A DNA stretch of 64,000 nucleotides, taken from Vicugna vicugna (taxonomy: Eukaryota). The translations under genes were made by a program, and so were the position numbers. The notes beneath the pieces are model-generated. The model was not told where the DNA came from, searched no databases, and worked only from the letters and a program-made list of their open reading frames with translations. Within the stretch, counting starts at the first letter, position 1. Every line of letters starts with the position of its first letter. This document shows, piece after piece, positions 23,031-37,319 of this stretch. The stretch spans positions 7,468,407-7,532,406 of the forward strand of contig MU058584.1 in NCBI GenBank assembly GCA_013265495.1, read 5' to 3'.

Positions 23031-24294
23031 TCTGCTGATTTAAAGAAAAAAAAGATTCCTAGTCAGTAGAAGCACACCACTGATAAAATCTTAACTCCAA
23101 ACTTAAAATCCATGTAAACACCATCTGCATAAAATTCTGTGAGGTTTGCTTTCAGAGATAAAGTTAAAAATTTACAGTTAAGGTAATTGTTTTGATATAC
23201 AATAAAGAAAAAATAGTTTTTTTTTTTAAAAAAAGTACTTACTATTAACTAAAAGATTCCCTAATACTCAACTATGTGAATTAAAGTCATAAGCATCATG
23301 GCTTGATAAACTAGCTGTTACTTTAAATATTAACATTTCATAATCCTGTGTGTGAGTAATCTTGGTCTTCTAATGGTTCTCTTCTTTACACCCATGATTA
23401 AGCTTTGAATGTAAGGGTGGTTTTGCTGGCTGGTGTGTATGCCAGATCTCATACTCACAACCATTCAAAACGAGAGAGGCACAAGGGTCAAGTCACATAA
23501 ATGGTCACGTGCTTCCTCTGGAAAGTTGTTTTGCAGTTTGAGACCCATTGGCATTATTAATTAATTTCTACCTCTTTTAGCTTTCTATTCAATGCCAAGC
23601 TATGCAGTAAAGGTGGTAGAAGAGACGGAAAGGGCATCTATGGGAAAGAACAAGAACCCTGTAAGATTCTTCAGACTTCCAGATGTCCTCAGTGGCTCAT
23701 ATTCTTTTCCCTGTAATCGCTTTAGAAGAAAGGCTTTTACTTGAAAATGAGTTTCCATCATCAAATAAGTTCTGCTGTTGTGTTTCAGTGACAGTTACTT
23801 CATTCCACAGTGAATTCTTGTCCAAGGCTGCCATTTTGAACATGGCCTGCCTCATATAGAACTAAACTTATTTTTCAAGTAAATTGGTCCTCTTTAGAAA
23901 TTCAGCATTATGTATAAACATGTTACTTGACCTTAAAGAAGTGAATGAGATTGAGTTCTGGGTTGATTGTCATGAAATCCGTTTTAAGAGGTAGGTGATG
24001 CACTGATCAGCTGAGTGACACAGCATGGAATATGAAGAGACTTCTGAATCTATTCCCGACTTCACTGTCATCCTGCAGCAGGAACCTGGCAGTATGTTGA
24101 TGAGTTTCCTGAGTGTCTCTGTGAAATAGATTCAAAATATCAGCTAATACCCTTAATAGATTTTCACTGAGGGACTGTACATATTTATTAGTCTGGAGTG
24201 TGCTTTAAAATGTGAATGACTCAAAAAATTTTAGCAATTACTCTATTAACAGGTTGAAACACACTGTTTAAACTGTATGAATTTCTTAACTTTG

Positions 24295-25190
24295 GTTTTG
24301 GGACTGGATTATTCACTCTTTCCATCAGTGACTTGGATGACAGGGTTCAAAGTAAGTTCATCAGTCTTTGGGTGACACTTAATTAGACAGTGATGGTAAC
24401 CTCCTGTGTGCTCCACTGATGAAGCGAAACTTGCTATTCAGTCAAATAATGAATGAAAAGTAGAATGCGGCTCAGGAGAAACAAACGAATGACACAGGGC
24501 TAAAGATAGCAAACCAAGACCTGATTGTTATCATGGCTCATTCCTTAGCTTAACTTCAGCATTACAGGACTCTTATTAAGAATTTTTTTAAAGTTTGCTT
24601 CAACATTAAAAGGAAACAATAGGGATGTGAACTTTATAAATGGACAGAGTATTGTAAGAATGAGGTAGAGGGAAGATATGATATCAGTCAAGAATAATGC
24701 TTCGCCTCTGCTTGGCGTTTGGTCATATTTATTTAATGAGACATGATCCCATTTAATGTCCCATTTAATGTCTCTTATTCTAAGAGAAGTATGACAACTT
24801 TGTGGAAGTACCATCGACAAGCAGCTAAAGTGAGTCGGGGGTGGAATCTGACAGTATGGAGGGGGGCCCAGGAGGGTACGTTTAAGAAAGAAAGTGGTGT
24901 TTTCTGAGGAAGAAGCTTAAAACTGGCTTAACTGTCTTTAAGTAAATTAGATTTCAGTGTAAGAAGGATGTTCAGCCACACTTCATCTTCCAAAGAAAAG
25001 TAAACAAAATAAATGACTGTAAATTGCTACCAGAGACTTAGATTGAGCAAAAGAACTCTGTGGAGGCACTACCATGGTAGGTTGTGGACTTTCTCTCAGT
25101 GATTATCTTTTTAAAATGAGGTGTATCCATCTTGTTTGGATGATTGCTTATCTTGTTTTCCTAAAAGCATGATTTTCTGAGGCAATATTT
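24295..25190 (+). mobile_element. Ancient CR1/L3 LINE remnant (RT C-terminal region and 3' end)
   Basis: From 24309 it translates LFTLSISDLDDRVQSKFIS, resembling CR1 RT 'LFNIFINDLDxGIESTLSKFADDTK'. The segment near 25065-25125 resembles the CR1 3' end. Confidence 0.6.
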
Positions 25191-26223
25191 AGCTGAAGTG
25201 TATTGGCAAAGGAATTGAAAAATTAGTTCTGTCTCTATCATTTTGTTAAATTTCTTGCTATTCATATACTTCAAAGCATTCATTCAATAAATATATATTG
25301 GACATGGACTTACATTAGTAAATGTTTTTATAGTGGTAGGAAAAAGAAATACATGCAGTTATTGTCACTGAAAAACAATGCATAATATCTTGCCTAAATT
25401 CTGCTTTTGATTATTTATATGGAGTTTTGTATAAAGAAAATACTTCAAACCTCGTATGATATAATGGAATGTCTGTTGCTTGATTATCAGCTTTCAGATT
25501 CCCCTGAGAGAATTCATGATTTGTAAGTTCAAAAAATACCATTTTGGGTCACATAATACACATAAAAGGCTGCTTTCCAAACATTTGGCAATAAATTCTG
25601 ACCTCCTGATTAATGTTAGGTAGCTTAATGTAAGATGTTGTTATAGTAACAATTACTCAGAAAAACAAGCCTGCAAAACAGATAAAAAGATGGGTTTCTA
25701 ATGTATTTTTCCTGCTTTAAAAATACTCCAGTCAAGAGTGAGAAAGATACTTTTTCCTTGAATACCTTTTTATATTTTTTGAATTTTGAACTACATGAAT
25801 GTATTGTCCATTTAAAACATGTTGCCTTATAAATATTAAACTTTTTTTTAAATTTTTGTCTTGTAATTAAAATGTCTTATAAATTCTTCTTTCAAACTGA
25901 AAAAATATCAGGTTCTGTAGAATAATTTACTTCGATCTGCTTTAGTCTACACTCCTAACATTACACGAGAGTGTTGCTCTTCATTGTTTTCAGGACTTCA
26001 GGTAAGGGGGCCTGAATAAAAGATGCAGAGGATATTTTGAGAATGAATGCCAGTCAAATCTTTTAATTATTCCTTTGATAGAGAAGCATGTGTCTTTTCC
26101 AAGGCACTTAAATAAACAGTATCTGGTAGGATTCTGCCTCTTCATGCAAACAGGTGTCCTTGTGACTTTAAAGAAAGCTCTGCTCCTATCATGATAAAAG
26201 GACAGGGGAGAAAACTAGCAACA

Positions 26224-26305
26224 TTTTTCTTTTCTCCTCCTTTTCTTTTTCTTTTCTTTTCCTCTCCTTTCCTTTCCTTTTCTTCTTTCCTTCTTCTTTC
26301 TTTCT
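26224..26305. repeat. CT-rich low-complexity tract
   Basis: Direct reading. Confidence 0.9.
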
Positions 26306-27207
26306 AATAAAATACAAGCTAAGGCATTAGGCAGTGTTAAGGGCTGTATTCAGCTTAGGGTGCTATTACTTGGTATTAGGACCAGAGGACCAGAAATACC
26401 CAAATCCTCTGGAGAGACCACAGCAACCACTCCCCTCGTGGTTTCTGAAGAAGGAATAATGGCAAAGAAAAGCAAAATAGCACCTCATTATTTGCTAGAG
26501 ATTTGGCCCCAAACCCCAGCACAAAGAACTCTGGCCAGCTGGGCCAGACCACCTATCGGGAGCAGTTACCTCTCCTGAGGTAGTGAGGCCTAGTAGCTTC
26601 AAACCAAAGGAGGCTTCTTCTGTCCTGAAGTCCCACTCCACGCACATGTAAGAAAGAATCAAGCGAGAGTGATGTGTTTGGGCCTGGGGGAGATGAACCT
26701 TGGCCCTAAAGATGCCAAGCACATAGGGAGGGTGTAAACCAGAGGGGAGAGCCATGCGTGCTGCTGGGTTCCTGTTCACGCTTTAGCAAGGGTGGCCCAG
26801 TCTACCAAACCACAGAAGTGCCTCCCCTTGTGGGGATATGGAGTGGGAGTGTGTGAGGAAGGTGGCAGGGAGAGCGCTCTTAAAGGGCACGTTCTCCTAA
26901 GGGCAGCAGGCTTGACAGCGCTGACAGTGGTGAACAGCCACACTGCTGCTTTTGTTTCAAAGTCCAGGCACGCGTCCCTCGTGTTTATGCTAATGGCACA
27001 TGCAGCTCTTTGTCCTGAGGCTGCAGACTTGGCACAGATGCAACCGTGTCATTTCAACCAAGTTTACAGTGTAGGCTCATGATCCAGTTTCAGTGATTGG
27101 CCATTTCAGTCTATCCAAAGAGGCAATCTTAGTAAGTCTGGTTATACGTAGGTATGTGTTAAAGACCTAACTGGTCTTTAACCAGATTAATCTTTCAAAA
27201 AACAGCT

Positions 27208-27300
27208 TTATTGGGTGAAGGGTGGATCGGAACTTTCTGTACAGTTTTTCCAGCTCTTAGGTAAGTATAAAATTGTCTCAAAATAAAAGGTTTTTTAAAA
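27208..27300 (+). mobile_element. L1M 3'-terminal fragment
   Basis: gggtgaagggt...gaactttctgtac...gtaagtataaaattgtctcaaaataaaa. Confidence 0.65.
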
Positions 27301-27429
27301 AGTAGCAAATGAAAGATGAAGACGATAATGTGTTTCAGAGAAAAAAAAAGAGGTGAAAGTATATGTCTTTAAGGGAATAAAGATATTCCTGCATGTTTAA
27401 TAAACAAACAAACAAAAAAAGCTTTTGCG

Positions 27430-28685
27430 TTACCACACTGCTCAAAAACTTTTAGTGACTTCCTGTAATTTATAAGATGCAGTTTTAACTCTTTAGCCTT
27501 GGAACTAAAAATCTCTTAACTCAAGCCCCAGTCTACCTTTCCTGTGTAATAAATTACTATTACCCACCCTGCTCCAAATCTCTAGCTAAAATGGTCTGTT
27601 CACTGACCTTCAGCAGGGTTTTGCCTATGGGATGCCTTCCATCCTACCTCATGAAATCTATAGCAATCCTGCAAGGTACCAAAAAAATCTCACTTCTTCC
27701 AGGAAGCCTTCGCTAAACACCCCCAGCCCTCATTCTTCTGTACTCTTAAAGCAAATAGTGCATTTAAACCTTTAGTGCTTCTACTTATTAAAACCTTTAA
27801 CTTTTAATATTAATTTTATGAATATATGCCTCATCTCTCTATTAGAATTTTTAAGTTGTGCGAAGTCAGGACTTTATATATTTTTGGAATTCCCCACATT
27901 GCTCAGAATATTTATTCATTCAACAGACTTCTATCAGTTACTTTTTGTGTGCGTATGAAGCAACGTAAAAAGATTTCTTAAGGAAGCCTTTCTTGTTTCC
28001 CCCTGGCCAACTTAGAGGGTCTCTCTTCTGAGCTCCCATTGCATCCTGCCTTTACTACTGTCTCGTTTGGAGGTATCACGCGTCTGCCTCCTCTGCTAGA
28101 CTGCGAGCACCTTAAAGACAGGCACTCAGTCTTTTTTCATGGTATCCCCCAGACTCAGTCTGTAGCAATGCTCAGTATATGTACGCTAAATGAGACAATT
28201 GCTGAGAAACCGTGGCTGAAGGGTGTGGCTAATTGGTGGGATAATTATGACTGAAACTCTCACTTAAATAGGTCATTAGCTTCTAAGCTAGCTGTCTGAA
28301 ATCACATTCTTAGGATTTTTTTGATCCTTTCTTCTCTCCAGTCAGTGTATACTTTCAGTCATGATGTGTTATGCATCATTACTAACATTCCTCATGACAC
28401 AAGATTTACATATACAGTGATATGGATACTTCAGCTGTCATGGTGATCACTTTACAAATCTACAGACGTATAGATACACAAGCTTTTTGAATTCCAGGAA
28501 TGGGTGTTGCCACTTCTACAATACTGTCCAGTGATAGGTATCAAGTCAGCATTAGACCCGATTCCACTGAAGGCAAGGAATCCAGTGTGGGTTTTAATCA
28601 ATCTTTGTACCCCGAAATGTTTAGCACAAGCCAGGTGCCTAGAACAGAGCATATGCTTGATTAATGTTTGTGAAATTAATAATAT
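27430..28685 (+). mobile_element. Cluster of L2 fragments
   Basis: Several L2 3' segments, e.g. cttcttccaggaagcctt, ctagactgcgagcaccttaaagacagg, and gtgcctagaacagagcatatgcttgattaatgtttg. Confidence 0.6.
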
Positions 28686-31489
28686 GAGTAATTACAGTTC
28701 CTCTTTTCACCAGCCATTTAAATCTCTCACGGTTGTAACAGAGCTGCTAAAAATGGGGCTTACCGACTTGAATTTCCTTCTACCCTCCCTACCTTTGTGC
28801 TCTAAAATCCTGAAATGACTGAAAGAGAGCTCTGAGAATGAAAAGGAGCAAAAAAGACTTCTGTCATCCAGAAATTCATTTTCAGAACTATGTAAATGTC
28901 AAAGGATTGAGTTTTTATTGGATTTTAAACTGAAAATTGCTCATTACTTAGAAAGGAAACCTCATGATTTTTTTTAACATAATTGAGGTCCTCAGTTATT
29001 TCTAGGAACAAACAGACACATAGATGACTTTAGAAGACTCTATCACAATCAGTGTACTGAAAATTTAAATCTAGCTACATTTATTTAGCTCACATTGCTC
29101 CAAAGTATCTCAAAAGAAGTAGAAGTCGGGAGATTCTTTAGAGTCTTTAGTCTTCATCTTGTCTTGATAACTCATATTACCACCATAAGATTTTTTTTTA
29201 AGTGCAGTTTCCTGCAAAGTGGAGATTAATTCCTGATGCTTTGAGGATTTGGGTTCTTCAGATAAAAGACTACAAAGGGAAAACAAGAGCATACCATCTC
29301 TGGGAACTGTTTAGATTTCATGGATGTCATACTATTTTCCTGAACATTCGCATAGCTTTGCTCTGTTTCGGAATAAAACAAATGTTCCCTCATGATTTTA
29401 ACCACCTATATATTATAATTCACTCTGTAGTAGCTTGCCGTGGGTGCGAGGTGAATACTTGTTGAATAAACAAATGTCTTTTCTGATTATTAGTTGTTCA
29501 ATATGGTCTCCCTACCGGGTTTCTTATCCCCCCTAGTCTTTTCTTGAATGGTAACTACACTGCAAAGGATAAAAAAGGAAGCACACCTTCTATTTCCTCA
29601 CTGTGGTCCAGCACATCCTCCTGTATGTGTTGACACGGAGGATAGAAGGAACCACACATATTTTAACAAAAGGTTCAGTGATCATGGCAGGATGGATGCT
29701 TTAAACAGGGCTGAGTATACAGTTGTTCTATTATCAAGACAATTGCCTGATTGAGAACAGCTCTCTGGAAGAACTCCAAGTATGTGTCTGGATTACCACA
29801 GGGTGCTGGAGTGATTAGAATTGCTCATGAGCAACCAATGCCCTGGCTTGTCTCCACAAAGCAATTGAAGTATATGGGATCCCTGAGAGACATGACTTAG
29901 TTAAAAGTATTCTCTTCCTGTTCTAGCCTTCTTTGCCTCATTGGAAGTATTAAATACACAGCAGATCTCTGCACAGGAAGCCGTAATGCAGACATTTGGT
30001 TTGCAAGGTGTCCCAGGCCAACTCCAAATGCGACAAGCCCCTCTCACAGCCTTATTGCTTGTAGAGACCTGCACTGATGACCACTTACAGATATTTTAAA
30101 ATCAGGTAGGGGCTCTCAAGTTCAATAAGCCAAATTGCAATAAACATACATAGATGAATCCACGTTACTTGAGGTTTACACTGTAACTCCAAGAGATGAA
30201 ACCTGGCTTACATTTGGGGATGAATATGGTTCTTTGCACTTGAATTCAAAAGTTTAGTGGCTCAAAGTTTTGTTAAGTGACTGATAAAAATTTAGGGATG
30301 ATGAAAACAGTAGTAGTCTCTGCATCTTTTTCTTTTAAACAATTATCCCATAGTTCAGGTTTCACCTAACAGACAAGGTTTCACTGTAATACGTCTTGCT
30401 CAGTTGTCATCTCCATGCAACTCCTGTTACGAGACAGACTCCTTCCCTGTTTCTGCACTTTGTCTGGGGTGAAATTTCCTATCAAGTGGCATTTCCCTCA
30501 CTCCAGATACTTTTAAGAAGAAGAGTCTCTTCCAATTCTCCATCAACCCGAGTGGGCTGAGGTTAGGCACTCCCACAGTTGAATGGGTCAAACACTCCCT
30601 CATTTGCCCCTTGGGCTCCTGGTTACTCAGAATCCTGTCTTCCTCACTACAGTTCTGCAAGCGCCCTTTCTCAGAAGAAAAATACTCACTATGCTATTTT
30701 CATGAAATCACGAAGAATCATATAATCTTTTCGTCCTCCATCTGGGCTTAAATCTCAGGAAAAACAACTTTTTGCCTCAGAGTGTTTGGTTTTCAAGTGG
30801 TCTAACTATTCGCTGACTTTCTGGCTTGTAAACTCTCTAAATGACCACTCATGCCAATAAGCCTTATCCAAGCTGTCCTTTTAAAAAAAATTCCAGTTAA
30901 CTTGAGTCCTGGGGATAGAAAGTTTATTTCGAGATAGTTACCTTGAATTTCGGGATAAGAAGAAACTTTAGAAAGGTCTTCGTTGAGAGAAACTTCAGGA
31001 ATAAACCCAGCTTAGCACAAGAGTGTATTTGCAGCTGTGGACTTAGACTCGCAATATTCCCTTCACTGACTGGGTGGCGTAGGGCTAGTTGCTATTTAAT
31101 ATGAGTGTCAGTTTCCATAACTGTGGAGTTATTCATTATGATATTTAAATAAAATAACTGTAATTTTTGCTTTTTCTTCTTTTGAAGAAATTTGACTTTC
31201 AGCTTTTACAGCCTCAAAGAACTGAGAGCAAAACTCAGTCATACGTTGACTTGTCGTATGAGAAGAAAAATCCCTTGCAGCTCTGTTTATAAACTTAGTT
31301 GCATTTTTTTCCCCAAGTGTGTTTAGGAAGCAGGTTGGAAGGAACTAGAAATCTATGTACTGCAAAGCAAATTAGCTTCTACATAAATGTTTTCAGAAGG
31401 GAAAGATTAAACAGTAGAAGAATATCTCATGAAGAGAAAGTAGAGAGCTTTCTGGTTTTGTTCTAATCGTGTTTTAAGTTCATATACAT

Positions 31490-31890
31490 TAAGCATTTGA
31501 TATATGTTAAATGCGCTGTTTTTATGTCTTCACAATAACCATTTCAAATGGAGGTGCCATTAATATTCGCACTTGATAGATGAGGAAATAGGCTTGGGAG
31601 GTCAGGTACCTTGCTTCATGTCTCACAGCTAATAAAAAGGCAAAGCTGCTATTGAACACAGGTGTGTTGGACTCACGCTTTTAACAGCTAAGCGGGAGGG
31701 TAGAGGTGAGTGGGGCTGACTTTGGAGCTGGGCTGCCGCTGACTGGCTGTGAGACCTGGGGCACTAATCTCTCTGCACCTCCTCAGTTTCATATCTATAA
31801 AATGTGAATGAATAGGGTGAAATGAGTTAATACATCTAAAGCTCATAACATGGCACCTGGAATACCATAAGGACCTCGTTGTTAATTGGT
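31490..31890. mobile_element. Two MIRs in opposite orientation
   Basis: Antisense gatagatgaggaaataggctt (~31576) and sense cctcagtttcatatctataaaatg (~31781). Confidence 0.7.
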
Positions 31891-33099
31891 GTTGTCATTG
31901 TCAGCATTATTATCATTATTTTCTAAAGATGTTAGGTTGATTTGTCTAGAATTTATTAATGACACATTATAATGTTCTTGCTTGTTTGTTTTGATTTTTT
32001 TTGGCTGAAAGAGCCTGGGAACATTTGAGTCTGGTCATCTACCCCCACGAATTCTTAAGGGTCCACGTTTGAAGGAGGCTGGTGCATTGAACCTTTTGGT
32101 AACCAAATCATAAAGAAGGAAAATTGAATTTCAGAGTCACGGGGATCATGTCAGTTCTGTCTTCATTTTATGCTAAACTAAAAGTAGAAAAAGATATAAG
32201 TGACTATTTCTATACTGTTGGGAATATAGTAATGTTATGTTTCATCAGCCTGGAGTTTTAATTTCTGCCCATCATTGAATTCACAATTTTTCTATATCCT
32301 GTTCTGGTATTTCTGTTCCTTTTCAACATAACTTCTGAGAAATAGAGATTGATTAGTTTTGTGCCTCAAAGGACATACCTCCTATTGTTCTAATGAGTCC
32401 AAAGGAAGCTGTGAGGAACAGAACGTAATTTCAACCAGAAGACAGTTTGTAACTGGTGTGAATTAAGTAGTGATACTGATTCTTTTCCCTCCTGCTTATT
32501 CTGTATTATCTGCTTTATTCAAGTTAAGCTGTTTTGACTTTTTGGAAACACTCGAACAATAGAATGATTTATTTTCCTAGTCACTGTGATCATGTTGGCG
32601 AATAATTTATTACATTTTATTTAGACATAGAATTTAATGTTGTATCATAAAGGTGTGTGAGTAGGGTATAAGAATGAGGTTACCTGAGTCACAGTTTACC
32701 ACTTGATGGGGTATGACTACGTAGAAGGAAGAGAAATAAATTGGATTTTTTTTTCTGAAATTATTTATACGTCATTCTCCATTTAAACTGGTTAAGCAGA
32801 GGAGCTGTATACCGTCTACTGCTGCTCTGTGAGACCTCAGCACCAATTTCTCCTTGGTGGCGAGTGAGGAGATAGATGCAAACATACTTTGGAAGATGTG
32901 CCCATTTCAACCTCAGACAGGAGAGTTAGGCTGATGACAGTATTGAACAGTGTTGGTTTAACTGACTCAAGCAATATTTATTTTATAGTCATCTTGAAAT
33001 TGTGCTGATTTCTGTATCCAGATGACAGACATAAATAAATAGAGCAATGCCAAAAAAAAATCCTATAAATAACAGTACTTGAGTCTTTATTCTTTTCAC

Positions 33100-34100
33100 T
33101 GGGAAGGGAGGCTGAGAAGAAGGGATGTGGAATTGTGTTCCAGATGCAAGAAATTATCTCAAGTATAGAGACTTGGGAACGTGAAAGAGTGATGTATTCA
33201 GGGAACCTTACACGTGAGTGGAGAGCAGCACCTGGTGCCTGACGAATAAGAAGTGCTCACTATTTATGAATGAATAAATATTTGTTGAAGAAATAAACAG
33301 GGTGCCTTGAGAAGAAAGATGGGAAACGTGTGTGGAATGTAAAGGGGAGCAGGGCAGAGAGCCTGCTAAAAAGCTGAAACTTACTCCTTCTGGTATGTGG
33401 TTCATAGCTGGCGTGCTGCTGTTGCCCAAAGAGGAAGACCATCTTCATAGGTGGGCTTCCAACGCTTCCTTTTTCCATTTCTGCCACATCTGTGAATGCA
33501 TGCTATTCTGCTGGCGTCCGTCATCCTGAAGCTGTATTGTGGACTGTGTGATGCAGTAAAGAGAAGGATACAGCTATGCATGTAAAGATGGTGAGCCGTG
33601 GTTATAGGTGGTGGAGAGCTCTCAAAGGGGTTGAGCAAGGAAACGATGTAACCAGGCTTGTGTTTTAGAGATTTTTTTCTAGTACTCGTGTGGAGGATGG
33701 ATGGAAAAGGAAAAAAGTGGACACAAGGAGAACATTTAAGAAGTGAATGTTATTTGTGTGAAAGATGATGGATGCTGGAACTAAGGTGCTGACAGTGATG
33801 ACAGAGGGAAGGGGAAGGAAGAGAGAGATTTAGGTGACAGAATTGACCAAGTTTTGATTGAGCTGTTGAATAGGGGAGTTGAGAGAGAGAAGAAAGGGTC
33901 AAGGCTGATTCCACGGATTTTGGTGAAGCAGACAGGCAGAATGGCAGTACCAATAACCAAACAGGGAACGCAGGGGAAGGTGATGTGGTAGGAATGTTAA
34001 AGATAATAATTACTTTAGTCTGGGATAAATTGAGATTCACAAATATGTGACCCATCCAGGCAAAGATGTCCAGCTGGAAATGTAGAATTTGGTCTCCGAA
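33100..34100 (-). mobile_element. L2 fragments
   Basis: gtcaaggctgattccacggattttgg...gatgtccagctgg is antisense L2 ORF2-derived; ORF 33750..34106 resembles decayed L2 ORF2. Confidence 0.65.
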
Positions 34101-36272
34101 GAGCACATTTAATCCTGAAGCTAACCAGGGAGAAGTATTGTACCAATGGGTGATTTCAGAGTAAATTAAAAATGAATCAAACTATGGTCCCATTTACTTA
34201 TGATTTAAAGTATTCAAGTTCAGAGTTAACAGTTAAGATAATTCATAGCCCTCATGTTTGCCTTTCAAAGGTTTAATATTTATTAAATTTGCTAGGCCTA
34301 CAATGTTATATTTATAAAGTGAATATGAAAACTTATTCATCCTTAAATGGAGATACCTACAGTTTAAGACTTCTGCATCGTATGGCCAGGACCAAGCCAG
34401 CACAACAGTATTTAGGTCCGCATACCTCAGAGGAAATTAGCGTCTCAAATGCTAAACTTGAAATCATGATGAGGCAATAGTTGTGCCATAACCTTATGTT
34501 CTAAGAAAAACTAGATCTGTTGATTTTACTGACGAGAAATATTTACAGTGATGTAATTCTTTATAATATATGTTCAATGGAAAATGAAGGGAGACTATTA
34601 TGCTTTCAAGTATTAGAGAATATTTCTTACAAGTCCTATAGTTGAACCTTAAACAAATTTGATGATTGAGTATAGAATGAGTTTTTTTTTCCCCTTCCTG
34701 GGCTTGAGTCCATCAACTCAGGAAGGAAATATAAATTAATGGAGCGTAAGTTTAAGTTTTAAATGTAAGGTTTTGAGACCTTTCCTGCTTAACTGTGGGT
34801 CCATTGTCAAATGAATATGCTCTGTTTTGAAATAAATGTGTCCATAAGTGAATGGAGAAGATTTGAGACCAAAAACCACTTTTTCCCTTGGCAGCATCTG
34901 AAACTTGGATACCAACTCTTGATTTTCAGTGTTTGGTTTAGAAGGGACTGACAGGTTACACCTGGGTGATTTATCTTCCTTGGCTGACATTTTTGAACAG
35001 ATGCCTTAGTGTGTTGTGCTCAGAGTTGGTGTCGTGCTTAATGTTTCCTTCTCTAGCTGTTTAATATCACTTGTTAATTTACGTGTCTGGTAAGAGCACT
35101 GTCTGATGCTGAAGGGTTGGTAGACCATCCTATGGATGGCACATAGACTGCAATAGATCACTTATTTTTTTGTTTTGTGTTTTCATACATGGGTGAAAGA
35201 ACCTGCTGTGTTCCAGGTTTATTCTCTAATAATAAAGCTACTTATGATAAGCTTTCATTATGGACGTAAAGCATTTTCTTAATGAGCTGTCACAAAAAGA
35301 CTCAGAAAGGTGCCACTCATCTAAGTTGCTTTGTTTCTTTTAAGAAGTACTGAGATCATCATCAAGTTGTGGAAGTAATGATTTTTAAAAATTATTATCT
35401 TATTCCACATGGAGAAAATTCAGTTTATTAAAGAACGCTACATTCTAATAAGACAGCTGCCAGGGAGTTATATTCATAATAACAGTCTATCTGTGTCATT
35501 GCCAGACACTCTCTCCTGATTTTGCTCAGACATCTTCCACATTGCTGTCGTGCACACAGGAGATCAGGTAAAGGGTGAGACTGGATCAGCACAAATGTAG
35601 TTCCACTTTTGGAAAAATATCAGTATTCTGACTTTGAATCAGTACTATTCTTATTTGCAAACAACAGCCCTCTTACCCATTGTGTGTGCACCTTGATTTT
35701 CTGCTTTAATTTTAAAACTGATAACAAGTAAACTGGCAACTCATGTATTTGGTGGCTCAAAACTGATTGACGATGATTTATTCACTAATAATACTGAGTG
35801 CTTACCATAGTCACAGGCTGTGCCGTGGGGAAGACTGATACAGAATGTAGTCCGTATTTCCTGAAGATCTAACTGTATCATAAGGAAGTGTCTATTCATA
35901 TATTTAATTTCAGCGACATTAGAAAACTCATATTATTTGAAACAAGGTGAGTCATATACATAATAAGTACAAATAAGAGACTGGAGGAAAGAGAATCCTC
36001 TAAGAACTAATAGTGAGAAAGAAGATTGCATAAAATAGATGGGAGATAAGGTGTACTTTTCTCCCATTTTATTATAAAAATCTTCAAACATTAAAAAGGT
36101 AAAAGAATTTTACAGTGAATGCCGGTATACTGTTTACCACTATTATTGATGTTTTACTGTATTTACTTTATCACACATAAGATATATTTTAAAGACAGTT
36201 GAAACTCGAACAGGTCCAGCTACAAGAATCAAAGTGTGTGTTAATGTCTGGGAAAAGGGAGAAGACAGGTTT

Positions 36273-37311
36273 TGTGATACAGTCCCGAGTGATCTCTTTA
36301 TGCACCCTTGTCTAAACCCCTCCTATACTGTACAGGGTTGATGTATGGCAGATTCAATAAGCCTTCACCCCGACCACCCCCAGCCCAAAGATGTGCATGC
36401 CCTAATCTTCAGAGCCTGTATATATGTTATCTTATATGGCAGAAGGGGTTTTGCATTTATGATTTGTGAATAAGGAATTTGAGATGGGGAAATCACCCAT
36501 CTCACCTTGGAGTACCACCTTGGATTATCTGGGTGAGCCCAGTGTAACAGAGGCACCTGTAAGAGAGAGGCAGTGGACTCAGTGTTAGATAGAAGATAAA
36601 AGGATGGACGCAGAGGTCAGAGAGGAGAGAGGATGCTACCTTACTTGCTGGCTTTGGAGGAAGATGGAGGAAAGGACCACAAGCCGAGAATGTAGGTGGC
36701 CTCTAGAAGCTGGAGAAGGAAGGAAATGGATCCTCCCCTTGTGCCTTCAAAAGGAATGCTGTCCTGCTGACTCATTTTAGACTTCTGGTCTCCAGAACTG
36801 GAAAGTAGTAAATTTGTGTTGCTGAAAGCCACCAAGTTTGTGGTAATTTGTTATAGCAGCAGTAGGAAGTCAATCTAGTGACCAACAGAATATGGCAGAA
36901 ATGAAGGTACATTACTTCTGAGGCAATTAGATTATACAAGACTACAGCTTCTGTCTTGGGCAGTCTCTTTCTTAGATCACTCACTGTGGGACATGAGGAC
37001 ACATGGGCAGTGCATAGAGAGCCTCACATGGTAAGGGAATGAGGTTTCCAGTCAATGGCCAGCAAGAAAATGAGGCCCGTCAATCACCACGTGAGTGATC
37101 TTGGAAGCAGATCTCCCCCTGGTTGAACCTTCAGATGACTGCAGCTCCAGCTGGCAGCTTGGCTGCCTCCATGGGAGACCATGAGCCACAGTGACCCAGC
37201 TAAGCCAATCACAGATTCCTGACACACAGAAACTATGAGATAATAAGTGTTTATTGTTTTAAGTTGTTTAGTTTGGGGGCAATTTGCTACATAGCTAAGG
37301 ATAACTACACA
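36273..37311 (+). mobile_element. MaLR LTR (MLT1F-like), interrupted by a second MaLR LTR
   Basis: 5' piece 36273-36341 and 3' piece 36878-37311, ending ...gaaactatgagataataagtgtttattgttttaag...ataactacaca. Confidence 0.75.
36342..36877 (+). mobile_element. MaLR LTR (MLT1D-like), nested
   Basis: cccaaagatgtgcatgccctaatc...ctctagaagctggagaaggaaggaaatggatcctccc...gccaccaagtttgtggtaatttgttatagcagc. Confidence 0.85.
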
Positions 37312-37319
37312 GACTTGAA

